IMG/VR virus record: IMGVR_UViG_3300045988_113766
Location: 1 to 45,284 of that record
Source of the DNA: a virus
DNA length: 45,284 nucleotides
Reading direction: 5' to 3' (one strand)
In this document: positions 24,538-33,389 of the stretch, piece after piece
Position numbering within the stretch: position 1 is the stretch's first letter
How the letters are laid out: every line of letters starts with the position of its first letter
Program-made: the position numbers and the translations under genes
Notes under the pieces: model-generated
The model's database searches: none
Told to the model about the DNA's origin: nothing
What the model saw: only the letters and a program-made list of their open reading frames with translations

Positions 24538-25641
24538 TCATACTCCTGTAACAGTTGCATCTTTAATTGTCAGCTGCCCGTTCACGAACGCTTCTTCGTC
24601 TTTCACCGTGCAGTCTTCCCTTTCGATTGCCCTGAAGATTGTAAGATCTTCTTCAAATGCATTCAGTTCTCCGATCTGGGCGATGTTAGATGTCATAAGA
24701 GTCATCTGGTTTCTATCCCAGAATTTGATACCCTCTTTCAAATCTCCGATAATAACTGGTATCTTTCTACTTCCTGCTGTCTTTGTATCGGATGGCATAT
24801 CGGAGTTTGGAATAACTTTGACAGGAACAATTGTTGATCCAGCGCAAAGTCTAAGCTGCATTGGATTTGCAGGATCCGGCTGGAGAAGATATCTTCCTTC
24901 GTTATCCTTTAATGTATCAAGCCACTGTAACCCATCGTCGTTTGTCACAATTGCAGAAGTAGGTTTAAATGCCTGTCCAAGCGTGATATTCAATGCTTTC
25001 TTGATATCATCAAGATCTTTCATTGCTGTTACATCCTTTGTCGCAATCTGCTCAAGAATCATTTTATTTCTTGTGACTCTTGACTCATCCGCAATCCATG
25101 TTGTCAAAGCTCCCGTAATATTTGCATCTGTATCCGCAAGAAGTTCATTTGTGCAAGGAAAATATCCTGCATATTTTTCAATCTCGTATGAGATTCTTTC
25201 GAACTGCGGGGTTGTTCCAGCTGTTATCTTTCCACCTTCTCCCACTTTCGCAAACCCAGTCTGCTGCGCACGTTTCTTATAGGTTCTCTGGCCTTTGTTT
25301 GTTGTTACATTTTCTACATCAACCAGGCTGATCAGAGAGAATTTTGCGCCTCTGTATGTATTGATCTGTGTCTGGATGTCTTCCGGGACTGTATATCCTC
25401 CATCTGCAGGTGTGCCTTCTACCATAGTTGCGTTTCGGAATCCTCTTCTTGCAGCATTAGCAAATTCTTTGATAGAGTTATTTTCTAACGGTTTCGGTTC
25501 CTGTGATGGATTGGCTGTTCCATCTCCGTCTGGATCCATGATGTCTTTCAGAAGGTCAAACTGTTCCTGCATATCTTTAAGTTCTTCCTTGGCTGTTCTT
25601 GCTTCTTCCAGCTTTCCCTGCTCTACCAGGGACTGTACCAT
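24538..25641 (-). CDS. Major capsid protein, HK97 family
   Basis: 367 aa, with a coiled N-terminal delta-like region followed by a capsid core. Downstream of the ClpP-like protease. The frame stays open upstream and looks coding (see findings). Confidence 0.85.
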   Translation of the reverse strand: MVQSLVEQGKLEEARTAKEELKDMQEQFDLLKDIMDPDGDGTANPSQEPKPLENNSIKEFANAARRGFRNATMVEGTPADGGYTVPEDIQTQINTYRGAKFSLISLVDVENVTTNKGQRTYKKRAQQTGFAKVGEGGKITAGTTPQFERISYEIEKYAGYFPCTNELLADTDANITGALTTWIADESRVTRNKMILEQIATKDVTAMKDLDDIKKALNITLGQAFKPTSAIVTNDDGLQWLDTLKDNEGRYLLQPDPANPMQLRLCAGSTIVPVKVIPNSDMPSDTKTAGSRKIPVIIGDLKEGIKFWDRNQMTLMTSNIAQIGELNAFEEDLTIFRAIEREDCTVKDEEAFVNGQLTIKDATVTGV

Positions 25642-25709
25642 TGTTTTTTTCTCATTAATAGAGTTTAAAAGTTCTAATAATTTTTTATTCCTTATATCCT
25701 CCGTTCCGC

Positions 25710-26381
25710 TCAGATACCATACTGATCTAAGTCTCTTAATATTTCTTTTTTCTGCTGTTCTTTTGCTTCCTGGGCTTCTTTTTCCTGTTTTACTTTATTG
25801 CGTATTTCATCCGTCAGTCTGACTCCGCACACGCAATTAAAGAACTGCTGCCCTGAATTCTCGATCTTATCAATAAATCCAAGTTCAAGAGCCTTCTCTG
25901 CTGTGATCCATGTTTCCTTATCCATCATTTTCAGGATTTCATCTTTTGATCTTCCTGTTTTTTTTGCATACGCTTCCGAAAGCGCACTGTTCATTGTTTT
26001 CAGGATTTCTGCGTTCTTCTGCATATCATGATAATCTCCGGAAGCTCCTGACATTGAGACATTGTGGATCATTATAGTCGCAACAGGGCTCATTTTGCAT
26101 GTGTTTGCCATTGCAATCACACTGGCTGCACTACCAGCAAGCGATTGAATGTTGATTTCCACGTCACTTCTTCCGGCAAGAATAGAATAGATTTCCTGTC
26201 CTGCCATCACAGAGCCGCCGCCTGAGTTTATGTTTACCGTGAGTGTTTCTCCTGGTTGAAGAGAGGCAATTGCATTCCTGATATCATTCGGACATGTGGA
26301 ATCCCAGTCCAGCCAGTCGTAAATCCATTTATCATCATTGCTGATGATATCCCCTCTTACATCAATCTCCATCTCCTTCAC
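25710..26381 (-). CDS. Prohead maturation protease (ClpP/S14-like)
   Basis: 223 aa. INSGGGSVMAGQEIYSIL...SLAGSAASVIAM...IMIHN matches ClpP-family Ser/His regions. Confidence 0.8.
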   Translation of the reverse strand: MKEMEIDVRGDIISNDDKWIYDWLDWDSTCPNDIRNAIASLQPGETLTVNINSGGGSVMAGQEIYSILAGRSDVEINIQSLAGSAASVIAMANTCKMSPVATIMIHNVSMSGASGDYHDMQKNAEILKTMNSALSEAYAKKTGRSKDEILKMMDKETWITAEKALELGFIDKIENSGQQFFNCVCGVRLTDEIRNKVKQEKEAQEAKEQQKKEILRDLDQYGI

Positions 26382-27618
26382 CTCCCTGTGTGTTAACTCC
26401 GTAAGCCGCGCCTATATGTGTTATTGGCTGATACGTTCCGTTTACCATGTTGACATCTCCTCCGTCCACGAAAGGAAGATCAAGGAGATCTCTCCCCTCA
26501 TTGATCGTATAGATTCCGTTCTGCACGTATCCAGTTATTACTTCCTTCTGTGTCTTTGAATCCGTTCTCAATAATGCTTTTTCGTTGAATTTAAAATAAT
26601 ATCCTTCTTTTTTCTCAGTATCAGAAAGACATTTATAGTTTATCTCCTGCTCGTACTGTGACAATCTATAGCTCATCGTGTCCACCAGGAATGCCAACTG
26701 CTGGCTTTCAGAATTTGAATAGCTTGACTTATCATAATCGTTTAGCTGATTTGGTTTAATTCCGAATGCTGCTGCAATCTGCAATGCCGTATATTTTTTT
26801 ATCTCTGCATACTGCGCATCTGCCAGAGTTACGTTTAGTGGCTGCAGTGTCATACCAACTGGTACCGCCACCACTTTACCTGCGTTTTTAGCGCCTGAAA
26901 GTAATGCGTTGTATTCCTTTTGCAAGGCCATACGCTTTGGTTTATCAAGGTCTCCTGTATACTGCAACGCTGCCTTTGCGGTTAATCCGCTAGCATACAG
27001 CTGATTCAAGTATTTCTGTGACTCCACTGCGCCCGAAATTGAATCCTGTAAGATCTGCCTTACCGGTTTTCCCATGATTCCATTAAGTGTGCACCATGTT
27101 TTAAAGTGCATAACATTATCCTGTGAAAAAGTGTATGTCTTTCCGGTCTTAGGATCGCTGTATCGATAATACAGCCTTCCTGCGTCTCCGAACACTCCCA
27201 CATCATCCATTAGCACATCCACATAATTGCTCTGCATAGGCCAGAATGAAAGAATGTTGTATTCTCCTCCATATCTTCCCTTTTTCTCGAATTTCGTCTG
27301 TATCCATACATACGCATTTCCATAATGTTCACAATTATATTCTATCGTGCCCCAGAACGTCGCCGGAGTCATGATCTGATTTGGTCTGTTCATAAGGAGC
27401 CATGAAGCTCTCGTCGGATCTGCCCGTATTTTTCCCTTATCGGTCTGCTTATAAAATTTCAGTGGCATTTTCCCCATTGTTTCTGAAAGCATTTTTAAGC
27501 ATGTAAAATACGTTACTTCTCCAATTGCATTTCGTGGGGTTTTTGGATCAATTCCAAGCCACTCCATTAGCCTTTCATCATCTATTGATGTAGGCTCTCC
27601 AACAAGGGAATTCCACAT
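26362..27618 (-). CDS. Portal protein (HK97 family)
   Basis: 418 aa, between the terminase and protease genes. Confidence 0.8.
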   Translation of the reverse strand: MWNSLVGEPTSIDDERLMEWLGIDPKTPRNAIGEVTYFTCLKMLSETMGKMPLKFYKQTDKGKIRADPTRASWLLMNRPNQIMTPATFWGTIEYNCEHYGNAYVWIQTKFEKKGRYGGEYNILSFWPMQSNYVDVLMDDVGVFGDAGRLYYRYSDPKTGKTYTFSQDNVMHFKTWCTLNGIMGKPVRQILQDSISGAVESQKYLNQLYASGLTAKAALQYTGDLDKPKRMALQKEYNALLSGAKNAGKVVAVPVGMTLQPLNVTLADAQYAEIKKYTALQIAAAFGIKPNQLNDYDKSSYSNSESQQLAFLVDTMSYRLSQYEQEINYKCLSDTEKKEGYYFKFNEKALLRTDSKTQKEVITGYVQNGIYTINEGRDLLDLPFVDGGDVNMVNGTYQPITHIGAAYGVNTQGGEGDGD

Positions 27619-27622
27619 TTCT

Positions 27623-29386
27623 TTAATTTTCTGTAGAATCCTTCAATATCTCCTCAATAAAATTATCAATGTAATCTCCGTAATCGTCTCCGAATGCATG
27701 AAACATTGCCAGCTTATACGCACATAGTGTTGCATCCACCGGGTCGATTCTCTTTGTTGTTGCATCTTTATCAATTTTGATCAATCCATTGTTCTGCCGG
27801 ATTACCGCATTACTCATCGCATAATTCAGCAGAGGATTGTAAGTATATATAATATTTCTGCAAAATACCTGCTCTCTGAATCCCTGTGTTGCTTCGTTTA
27901 AATGTTTGTGGCTCTGAAATACTTCTTCGACATCGTATCCTTCATCTGACAGATCCATCATTAATTTACTTGCATTTGCAGGGTCAAAGCACAGGCATTG
28001 TATTTTTAATTTCATTTTTTCGCAGGTCTCAAGAACATATCTCATAACTGCTCCCTGATCTACGATCGGAGTGTTTGTTACCTCCAGAAATCCCATACGT
28101 TCCCACGCGTCATAGGCAACCTTGTCTTTTATAATATGTTCCTGAAGCTTCTCCCTTGTCGGGATAAAACTGTGTGACCAAAGAATATACTTTACTATTT
28201 CTTTTCTATTCGCATCATATTCCCCGGATAAAAATGGAATCATAAACGCCACTGATGTAAGATCTGTCTTTGCGGACATATCGAAACCTACATACACCGG
28301 ATGTCCCGTTATATCAAATGGTAATTCATTCACCTGGCAGGCTTTCCATTTCGACATGTCCATATACCCATTCTCTTTCGCCTGCACCCAGACATCCAGA
28401 CATTTTGTGAGGAAGGCCGTCATATGTTCTGGCTGTTCTCTGGCAATCTTATATTCACCGCGAATCTTATCGACACCTTCCGGATATGTCATTCTAATCG
28501 GATTAGCTTTCTTCCAAGTCTCTTCGTTATCCAGATTTGAAATGTCTTCATAATCTTCCGGGTCCATCTCACAAATGTCGATTAGATATTCATCATTCTC
28601 CACGTCCGTGTTTGGATCCAACACCTTGGAACAATACTGATACTCAGTCACATAACAAGGATAAGTTAAATCCATTCCAGCTGTTGTTATGATCATCAAG
28701 AGCGGCTCTTTTGTGTTTGATCCTATTCCTAAATCATAGAACTCCGTGGTTTTGTGCTGATGATACTCATCCAAAACCAGAAGTGCAGGGTTTGTACCAT
28801 CCCCGGACTTTCCATCGTCTTTTGATAATGGTTTGATTGTGCTATTGCTTTTCAGATGTTTTATACAGTCCCTGGTTACCTTAAATTTCATCCTCAAAGG
28901 TGATCCTTGAAGCATTAATCCGGCTTCCCCGAATACAATCTTGGACTGATCGCGTTTTGTGCCGGCGGTATAAATCTCGTATACTTCTCCGTTCTTGGTT
29001 GATGTAACTGCTGCCTCATAGAGTGCAATACCTGCCTCTTCCTGAGATTTCGCATTCTTTCTAGCCACTTCTGTGAAATATTTCTTAAAACGTCGATATC
29101 CGGTATCTTTATGCACCCATCCGTACAGCTGGCAGATTCTAAATCTCTGCCATGGTGTTAGAATGATCGGTTGCTTTGCCAGAACTCCTTTACTATGTCG
29201 TAAGAGCGCAAACCATTCTACAATGTTCTCTGCCTGTCTTTCATTCCACACATACGGGAAATCCAATTGACCGATTCGGTCAATATCTTTCAACAATCTT
29301 TTGCAGGCCCATATGTGTTTCCTGCCGCTGATAATCTTTCCAGAGATACAATCTAATGCGTATTGTTTTAATTCATCAAGGATCAT
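27623..29386 (-). CDS. terL: Terminase large subunit
   Basis: 587 aa. A Walker-like region and LVLDEYHQHK (DE motif). The C-terminal part is nuclease-like. Synteny supports the call. Confidence 0.85.
   Translation of the reverse strand: MILDELKQYALDCISGKIISGRKHIWACKRLLKDIDRIGQLDFPYVWNERQAENIVEWFALLRHSKGVLAKQPIILTPWQRFRICQLYGWVHKDTGYRRFKKYFTEVARKNAKSQEEAGIALYEAAVTSTKNGEVYEIYTAGTKRDQSKIVFGEAGLMLQGSPLRMKFKVTRDCIKHLKSNSTIKPLSKDDGKSGDGTNPALLVLDEYHQHKTTEFYDLGIGSNTKEPLLMIITTAGMDLTYPCYVTEYQYCSKVLDPNTDVENDEYLIDICEMDPEDYEDISNLDNEETWKKANPIRMTYPEGVDKIRGEYKIAREQPEHMTAFLTKCLDVWVQAKENGYMDMSKWKACQVNELPFDITGHPVYVGFDMSAKTDLTSVAFMIPFLSGEYDANRKEIVKYILWSHSFIPTREKLQEHIIKDKVAYDAWERMGFLEVTNTPIVDQGAVMRYVLETCEKMKLKIQCLCFDPANASKLMMDLSDEGYDVEEVFQSHKHLNEATQGFREQVFCRNIIYTYNPLLNYAMSNAVIRQNNGLIKIDKDATTKRIDPVDATLCAYKLAMFHAFGDDYGDYIDNFIEEILKDSTEN
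29268..29282. repeat. Palindrome TGACCGATTCGGTCA, copy 3 (17-bp with flanks)
   Basis: Inside terL, where it encodes IDRIGQ. Confidence 0.9.
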
Positions 29387-29934
29387 ATTGCACCAAACCG
29401 GTTTTCAATTTCTTTCTGCTGCTTATTCACTTTTGCCGTGCCGGCTTTCAGTCTCGAATCAATTGTCAATCCACACAAGGCAGCAAAGCGTCGCATTTCT
29501 TCCGCATATCCTTTCTGAATGTCTACCATCGGATTCTTTACGACAATTACTCCGGTTCTGGTTTCTCTGTCAACATAATATGTCTGCTGACTTAATATTT
29601 CTGTGGCTTTTACATAGTTTGCGAACGCATTACAATAGCCTCCGATATTATTCCTGTCCAGGTTTCCGACTATATTTAGTTTATCCAACTCTTTTATGAT
29701 CCTGCGCCATTCTTTTTTTGCCACATCATCTATCAGCCATGTCGGAGGACGTTTGAGCTGGTTTTTCTCTGTTCTTACCTGGTCTTCTGCGTCTGCTTTC
29801 TTTTGTCCTTCTACTATTGTCAGGTGCTTTTTCTGCAAGCTGACTGGTTTCATTGGTCTTGCCCTTGTCCTCCCTCCTCTCTGGCCTGCCAACTTTTTTA
29901 TTGTTTTGGGAATTTTGCAGAAAGAAAGGGGCAT
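29383..29934 (-). CDS. terS: Terminase small subunit (P27-family-like)
   Basis: 183 aa, directly upstream of and overlapping terL. Basic N-terminus GRTRARPMKP. Confidence 0.65.
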   Translation of the reverse strand: MPLSFCKIPKTIKKLAGQRGGRTRARPMKPVSLQKKHLTIVEGQKKADAEDQVRTEKNQLKRPPTWLIDDVAKKEWRRIIKELDKLNIVGNLDRNNIGGYCNAFANYVKATEILSQQTYYVDRETRTGVIVVKNPMVDIQKGYAEEMRRFAALCGLTIDSRLKAGTAKVNKQQKEIENRFGAI

Positions 29935-29968
29935 ACGTGGTCGTGGGAGATCCGTTCAAAACTTTTTT

Positions 29969-30370
29969 CTATCCCCCGGTGGTCTTGAAACGCATCTGAA
30001 AGCCTCTCAATTCCTCCTGCACTACCGTCTTTCCCTCTTTCTCATATCGTTTATGTATCTCTTTATGTCCAGCTCTTGAGACTGGAATCAAGTTTGAATC
30101 TGAATAGAACAGATCAGGTCTATCTTGCGATAATTCAATATGGTGTACCGTATCTGCTGTCACTATTCTGTTATGCTTGTACATCATGTAGATATCCAGC
30201 CCGTCATAACTGTTAAGCACAAACTGTCTCAGATTCTTCCACCGTTGTGTGTGGTATTCTTTCTTTATTCCGGTTGGCTTTGCATACTCTCTGATGTTGT
30301 TCTTTCTGCATATACATGTAGTCCCTGCTGGTACCCTACTCCCGCATCTGCTACATCGTTTGTATATCAT
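29969..30370 (-). CDS. HNH endonuclease (packaging-associated)
   Basis: Likely start ATG at 30370, behind GGAGGGATGGC. CSRCGSR...C.C zinc knuckle. HHIELSQ...N...H HNH motif. Confidence 0.8.
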   Translation of the reverse strand: MIYKRCSRCGSRVPAGTTCICRKNNIREYAKPTGIKKEYHTQRWKNLRQFVLNSYDGLDIYMMYKHNRIVTADTVHHIELSQDRPDLFYSDSNLIPVSRAGHKEIHKRYEKEGKTVVQEELRGFQMRFKTTGG

Positions 30371-30391
30371 GCCATCCCTCCTGTTCTCTGA

Positions 30392-30462
30392 TAGCGGGAG
30401 ACGGATTCGAACCGCCATTCCAGGCTAAGGAGGCCTGTAAGTTTCCGTTACTTTATCCCGCG
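30392..30462 (-). tRNA. tRNA-Arg-like (anticodon CCT), atypical
   Basis: Hand-folded cloverleaf. T arm GGCGG-TTCGAAT-CCGTC. Anticodon arm CAGGC-CTCCTTA-GCCTG. A 4-bp D stem with GG in the loop. Oddities: a C1-U72 mismatch and U at position 37. Confidence 0.6.
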
Positions 30463-30469
30463 GTAATTA

Positions 30470-30543
30470 TGGACATTCTGAGATTCGAACTCAGGACCGT
30501 CCGGTTATGAGCCGGATGCTCTGACCAGCTGAGCTAAATGTCC
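30470..30543 (-). tRNA. tRNA-Met or tRNA-Ile2 (anticodon CAT)
   Basis: Clean cloverleaf. Acceptor GGACATT/AATGTCC. D arm TAGCTCAGCTGGTCAGAGCA. Anticodon loop CTCATAA. T arm CTGAG-TTCGAAT-CTCAG. Confidence 0.85.
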
Positions 30544-30625
30544 GTAGCGCAGGAGCCACCTGCTCATAAAGAACAGATGGCTCCTATGTCAAGGAAAATC
30601 CATATGAGTCCGGTGTTAAACCGGA

Positions 30626-30693
30626 GCAGAACATCAGGATTCGAACCTGCGGCTCCATGGCTCACGCTCGCTCCCACTTGGCGAGATGTTCTG
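30626..30693 (-). other. Degenerate tRNA-like element (acceptor, D arm and T arm present; no foldable anticodon arm)
   Basis: 9-bp acceptor-like pairing CAGAACATC/GATGTTCTG. T-loop GCAGG-TTCGAAT-CCTG. D-like CTCGC-CAAGTGGGA-GCGAG. I could not fold the remaining 16 nt into an anticodon stem. Confidence 0.35.
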
Positions 30694-30788
30694 GTAGTCT
30701 GCCAAGCGGGTACTGGCAGACAACTAAGGGAAGGAGAACTCTGTATGATCTTCCACTGAGTTCAGTTTATACTATAACATTTTGAATC

Positions 30789-30812
30789 GGGACATTTGGG
30801 ACATTCGGGACA
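30789..30812. promoter_or_regulatory. Three direct GGGACA repeats with 9-bp period, between the late-activator gene and the tRNA/late operon
   Basis: GGGACATTT GGGACATTC GGGACA at 30789, 30798 and 30807. Confidence 0.5.
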
Positions 30813-30816
30813 AATT

Positions 30817-31239
30817 TTAATTTTCTTTGAAAAATCTTTGAAATTCTTTTTTTACGCTCTCTTCTGTGGCTTTTCTTCCCATCTTTCCAGCTACCTGCTG
30901 CCACGTCAGTTCTTCAAACACCTTGTATTTTATGATTCTCTGCATTCTTGGAGGAATTGTGTTTAGCCACTCTTCTACTTTTGTCTTTAGCTGCTCTGCC
31001 TGTTTTCTTCTCTCTTCCAGTACCTTCTGTCGATAGCGCAGTTGGCTGTCGTCCTTAATAGAAAATGTTGTTCCCTGCACCTTGAAATGTTTTGGGTTAT
31101 AAGGAAATTCGGGGTTGCTTCCAGATACGTTTGTCTGTATCACTGTCTTTTTCTTTCTGTTAAGCTTTTTAATCTCCTGTTCCGTTTCCCTGATCAGTTC
31201 GCAGGCATCTATGTACTGGTTCAAAATATTCTTATCCAT
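30817..31239 (-). CDS. Putative late-gene transcriptional activator with a sigma-70 region-4-like HTH
   Basis: 140 aa. C-terminus IPPRMQRIIKYKVFEELTWQQVAGKMGRKATEESVKKEFQRF resembles ECF sigma region 4. It sits just upstream of the packaging genes, as RinA/ArpU-type activators do. Confidence 0.55.
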   Translation of the reverse strand: MDKNILNQYIDACELIRETEQEIKKLNRKKKTVIQTNVSGSNPEFPYNPKHFKVQGTTFSIKDDSQLRYRQKVLEERRKQAEQLKTKVEEWLNTIPPRMQRIIKYKVFEELTWQQVAGKMGRKATEESVKKEFQRFFKEN

Positions 31240-31324
31240 CGGTATCGCTCTCCTTTCCTTCTTTTCATACTTTCAGCCGGGAGCTTTGCGGTTCCCGGCT
31301 TTCCTTTCAATGTCTTTTATTTTT

Positions 31325-31588
31325 TCATGCCGCTCCATGAAGCATCAGATATAGTTTTGTGTATCCGGGAGAGGTGTATTGCCCGTTTTCCAGCTGTAAT
31401 TGTACCACATAGGGATATAATTTTATAACAGTCGCTGTATGGTATATGATTCGTGTGCTATTTCCATCATCTCTTACCCACGCTTTTAATTTAATCTTTC
31501 TGCCTGGGCGGACTTTGAACGTTCTTTTGAGTGTCTTTCTTATGTCTCCCATTCTCATGAGAGGGATGTTGCTTTTGTCGTAATTCAT
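31325..31588 (-). CDS. Hypothetical protein
   Basis: 87 aa. RBS GGAAGGAGAAAA. Confidence 0.5.
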   Translation of the reverse strand: MNYDKSNIPLMRMGDIRKTLKRTFKVRPGRKIKLKAWVRDDGNSTRIIYHTATVIKLYPYVVQLQLENGQYTSPGYTKLYLMLHGAA

Positions 31589-31600
31589 TTTTCTCCTTCC

Positions 31601-31615
31601 TGACCGATTCGGTCA
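31601..31615. repeat. Palindrome TGACCGATTCGGTCA, copy 4
   Basis: Intergenic, directly upstream of the RBS of gene 31325..31588. Confidence 0.9.
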
Positions 31616-31695
31616 CTTTTTGTTTGTATAATCTGTATTCCTTGCAATTCGTTCCGGCTGTAACATTTTTGTCTTTGATGATGTGCAATGTTCAT

Positions 31696-32049
31696 CTATT
31701 CATCCTCCAGATAGTTCTTTCCAAATATTTCCGTGAATTTATCCCTGCTGCCACACTTCTTCTCAAATGTTCTCTGGCCGATCCGCTGCAGGGTAATCCT
31801 GACTTCTTTGTTTCGGTGTGCTGATATCTCTGAGGTCCTGTGGCATTCTGGGCAAAGATATACGGTTAAGCCATATTGCTCGGAGTATTTGCGGTTTGCG
31901 CTGCCATAGATGTGATGGCGTTCTGTATAGCCTGTTTTTCCGCAAATGAAGCACTGATTTTTCATATCTCTGTCTATAATGCTTTTGTGGTGCTTTTTCC
32001 GTTTTTTTCTGGCGGGTTCTTTGGGAAATAATAATCCTCCCTGTTTCAT
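31696..32049 (-). CDS. Zinc-binding His-Me/HNH-like protein (possible NinG/DUF968-like recombination nuclease)
   Basis: 117 aa. CFICGK...ERHHIYG...LCPECH motif arrangement. The assignment is tentative. Confidence 0.35.
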   Translation of the reverse strand: MKQGGLLFPKEPARKKRKKHHKSIIDRDMKNQCFICGKTGYTERHHIYGSANRKYSEQYGLTVYLCPECHRTSEISAHRNKEVRITLQRIGQRTFEKKCGSRDKFTEIFGKNYLEDE

Positions 32050-32270
32050 CTAGTGTACCTCCTTGCTTCTCTGAGCAGGTAATTCCTGTTCTGAATATTC
32101 CGGTTAAAGTCTTCTACTGTTCTGGCGGCTTCCTGCTTCTTTAGGGCTGCCAGACCTCCCCATGGCTTACCGATAAAAACATGGTAGTCCAGGCTGGTGT
32201 AGATTAAACAGTCCGGAGGATTCCATCCCATGGTTTTTCGGAATAGTTTCTTTTTCTGTCTTTTATTCAT
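32046..32270 (-). CDS. Hypothetical protein
   Basis: 74-aa ORF, with start/stop overlapping its neighbours. Confidence 0.4.
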   Translation of the reverse strand: MNKRQKKKLFRKTMGWNPPDCLIYTSLDYHVFIGKPWGGLAALKKQEAARTVEDFNRNIQNRNYLLREARRYTR

Positions 32271-32530
32271 TTCCTGTCGCCTTTCTTATATCCCAGCAAG
32301 CGGAGACGGACGGTATCAAATTCCTGAAGCAATGCGATATCCTTCATTCTGCTTAATTTCCGATCAACTCTGTGCATTTCGTACTTCCTGAAGATTAAAT
32401 CTCCGGAGGTCCTTGCATTGTTCGCCTGTGCTTTTGAGCAGTTTAAACCTTCCACTATTTCTGCAAATGTTGCATTGCCTATCACCAGATTGCCTGATCT
32501 ATCTGTTACATCGTATAAAAATGGGATCAT
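32267..32530 (-). CDS. Hypothetical protein
   Basis: 87-aa ORF in the early operon. Confidence 0.4.
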   Translation of the reverse strand: MIPFLYDVTDRSGNLVIGNATFAEIVEGLNCSKAQANNARTSGDLIFRKYEMHRVDRKLSRMKDIALLQEFDTVRLRLLGYKKGDRK

Positions 32531-32543
32531 TTCCGCCCTCCTC

Positions 32544-32711
32544 TCAGTGTCCGGCCAGAAATGTATTCATCATCCTTGCTTTCCATTCCGGAACTTCTTT
32601 GGTTTTCCATTTTGCGCACCAGTCGTCATCTTCTACCATGCGTCCAATGCGATCGCAGAAACCATTATCATTCTCTTTACAGGTTTCGCATATCTGTTCC
32701 TCTCTGCTCAT
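32544..32711 (-). CDS. Small Cys-containing hypothetical protein
   Basis: Likely start ATG at 32711 (MSREEQICETCKENDNGFCDR...), just after the upstream stop. Confidence 0.4.
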   Translation of the reverse strand: MSREEQICETCKENDNGFCDRIGRMVEDDDWCAKWKTKEVPEWKARMMNTFLAGH

Positions 32712-32715
32712 ATTC

Positions 32716-32946
32716 TTAAATGTCCTTTCCTTCTCCGGTAATCTTATCAATGCAGCTATTCCAACCAGCGGTAATTTTGATTTCGGGCAATCTCTCACTG
32801 GCAGGAATCCAGCTAGTATCTTTTAAACGTTCAATAACTTTCTTCTGCTCTTCTTCTGTCTCGCAATGTATTACAACATCGTAGGTATCATCATATGCAC
32901 TAAATGTGCCATCTTCATTCTGAACAAGTTTCATTACATCACTCAT
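32716..32946 (-). CDS. Hypothetical protein (DUF551-like WIP.SERLPE motif)
   Basis: 76 aa. Contains WIPASERLPE. Confidence 0.4.
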   Translation of the reverse strand: MSDVMKLVQNEDGTFSAYDDTYDVVIHCETEEEQKKVIERLKDTSWIPASERLPEIKITAGWNSCIDKITGEGKDI

Positions 32947-33302
32947 GCTTCCACCTCACTATCCTCTGGCATTTGAAAGACCATTTTGTTCATAAGTGCT
33001 TTTCCAATAGCTTCAGCCAGAAGTTCATTTTCTTTTGATGCTGACGCTTCTGCGAACATCTTCCCGATATTTGGCACTGTCATTGGAATTAACTCTGCGT
33101 CCGCATAGGCTTCCTGAATCATATCCAGTACTTTCATGGCTTTTTCTTTTGTGGAATATTTTCCTAAAATAAAATATCCTCCACTTCTCTGTGCATCCTG
33201 CCAACTCCAACATATAACATTCAATAAATCTGGGAGTTTTAGATTGACTACAATGTTTTCAAACTTTACCAGTGCTGTTTTATCCTGACTTCTGATTAAC
33301 AT
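32943..33302 (-). CDS. Hypothetical protein
   Basis: 119 aa. RBS AGGAAGGAGAAAGG. Confidence 0.45.
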   Translation of the reverse strand: MLIRSQDKTALVKFENIVVNLKLPDLLNVICWSWQDAQRSGGYFILGKYSTKEKAMKVLDMIQEAYADAELIPMTVPNIGKMFAEASASKENELLAEAIGKALMNKMVFQMPEDSEVEA

Positions 33303-33389
33303 ACATTTTTTCCTTTCTCCTTCCTGTGATCTGACAGGCTCACACAGGAAGGATGTATCTATGTGAATTTTAGTAGCACCCTTTTTCAG

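Noticed and set aside
24389-25282. 297-aa plus-strand ORF (and a 158-aa ORF at 24361..24837) antisense to the major capsid gene
   Set aside because: It is low-complexity and S/F/I-rich, has no RBS, and is entirely antisense to a confidently identified capsid gene. It is a typical shadow ORF. The same reasoning applies to the plus-strand ORFs antisense to the RT (2311..2790) and the tape measure gene (19770..20252).
30626-30693. A phage-encoded amber suppressor tRNA that could read the TAG in the Cys-repeat gene
   Set aside because: The element has no foldable anticodon arm. I found no CTA anticodon in a proper 7-nt loop. The nearby CAGACTA loop lacks U33 and has a poor stem.
30538-30759. 73-aa plus-strand ORF overlapping the tRNA cluster
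   Set aside because: It is antisense to the tRNA genes and structured RNA, and has no RBS. The open frame is a consequence of GC-rich structured sequence.
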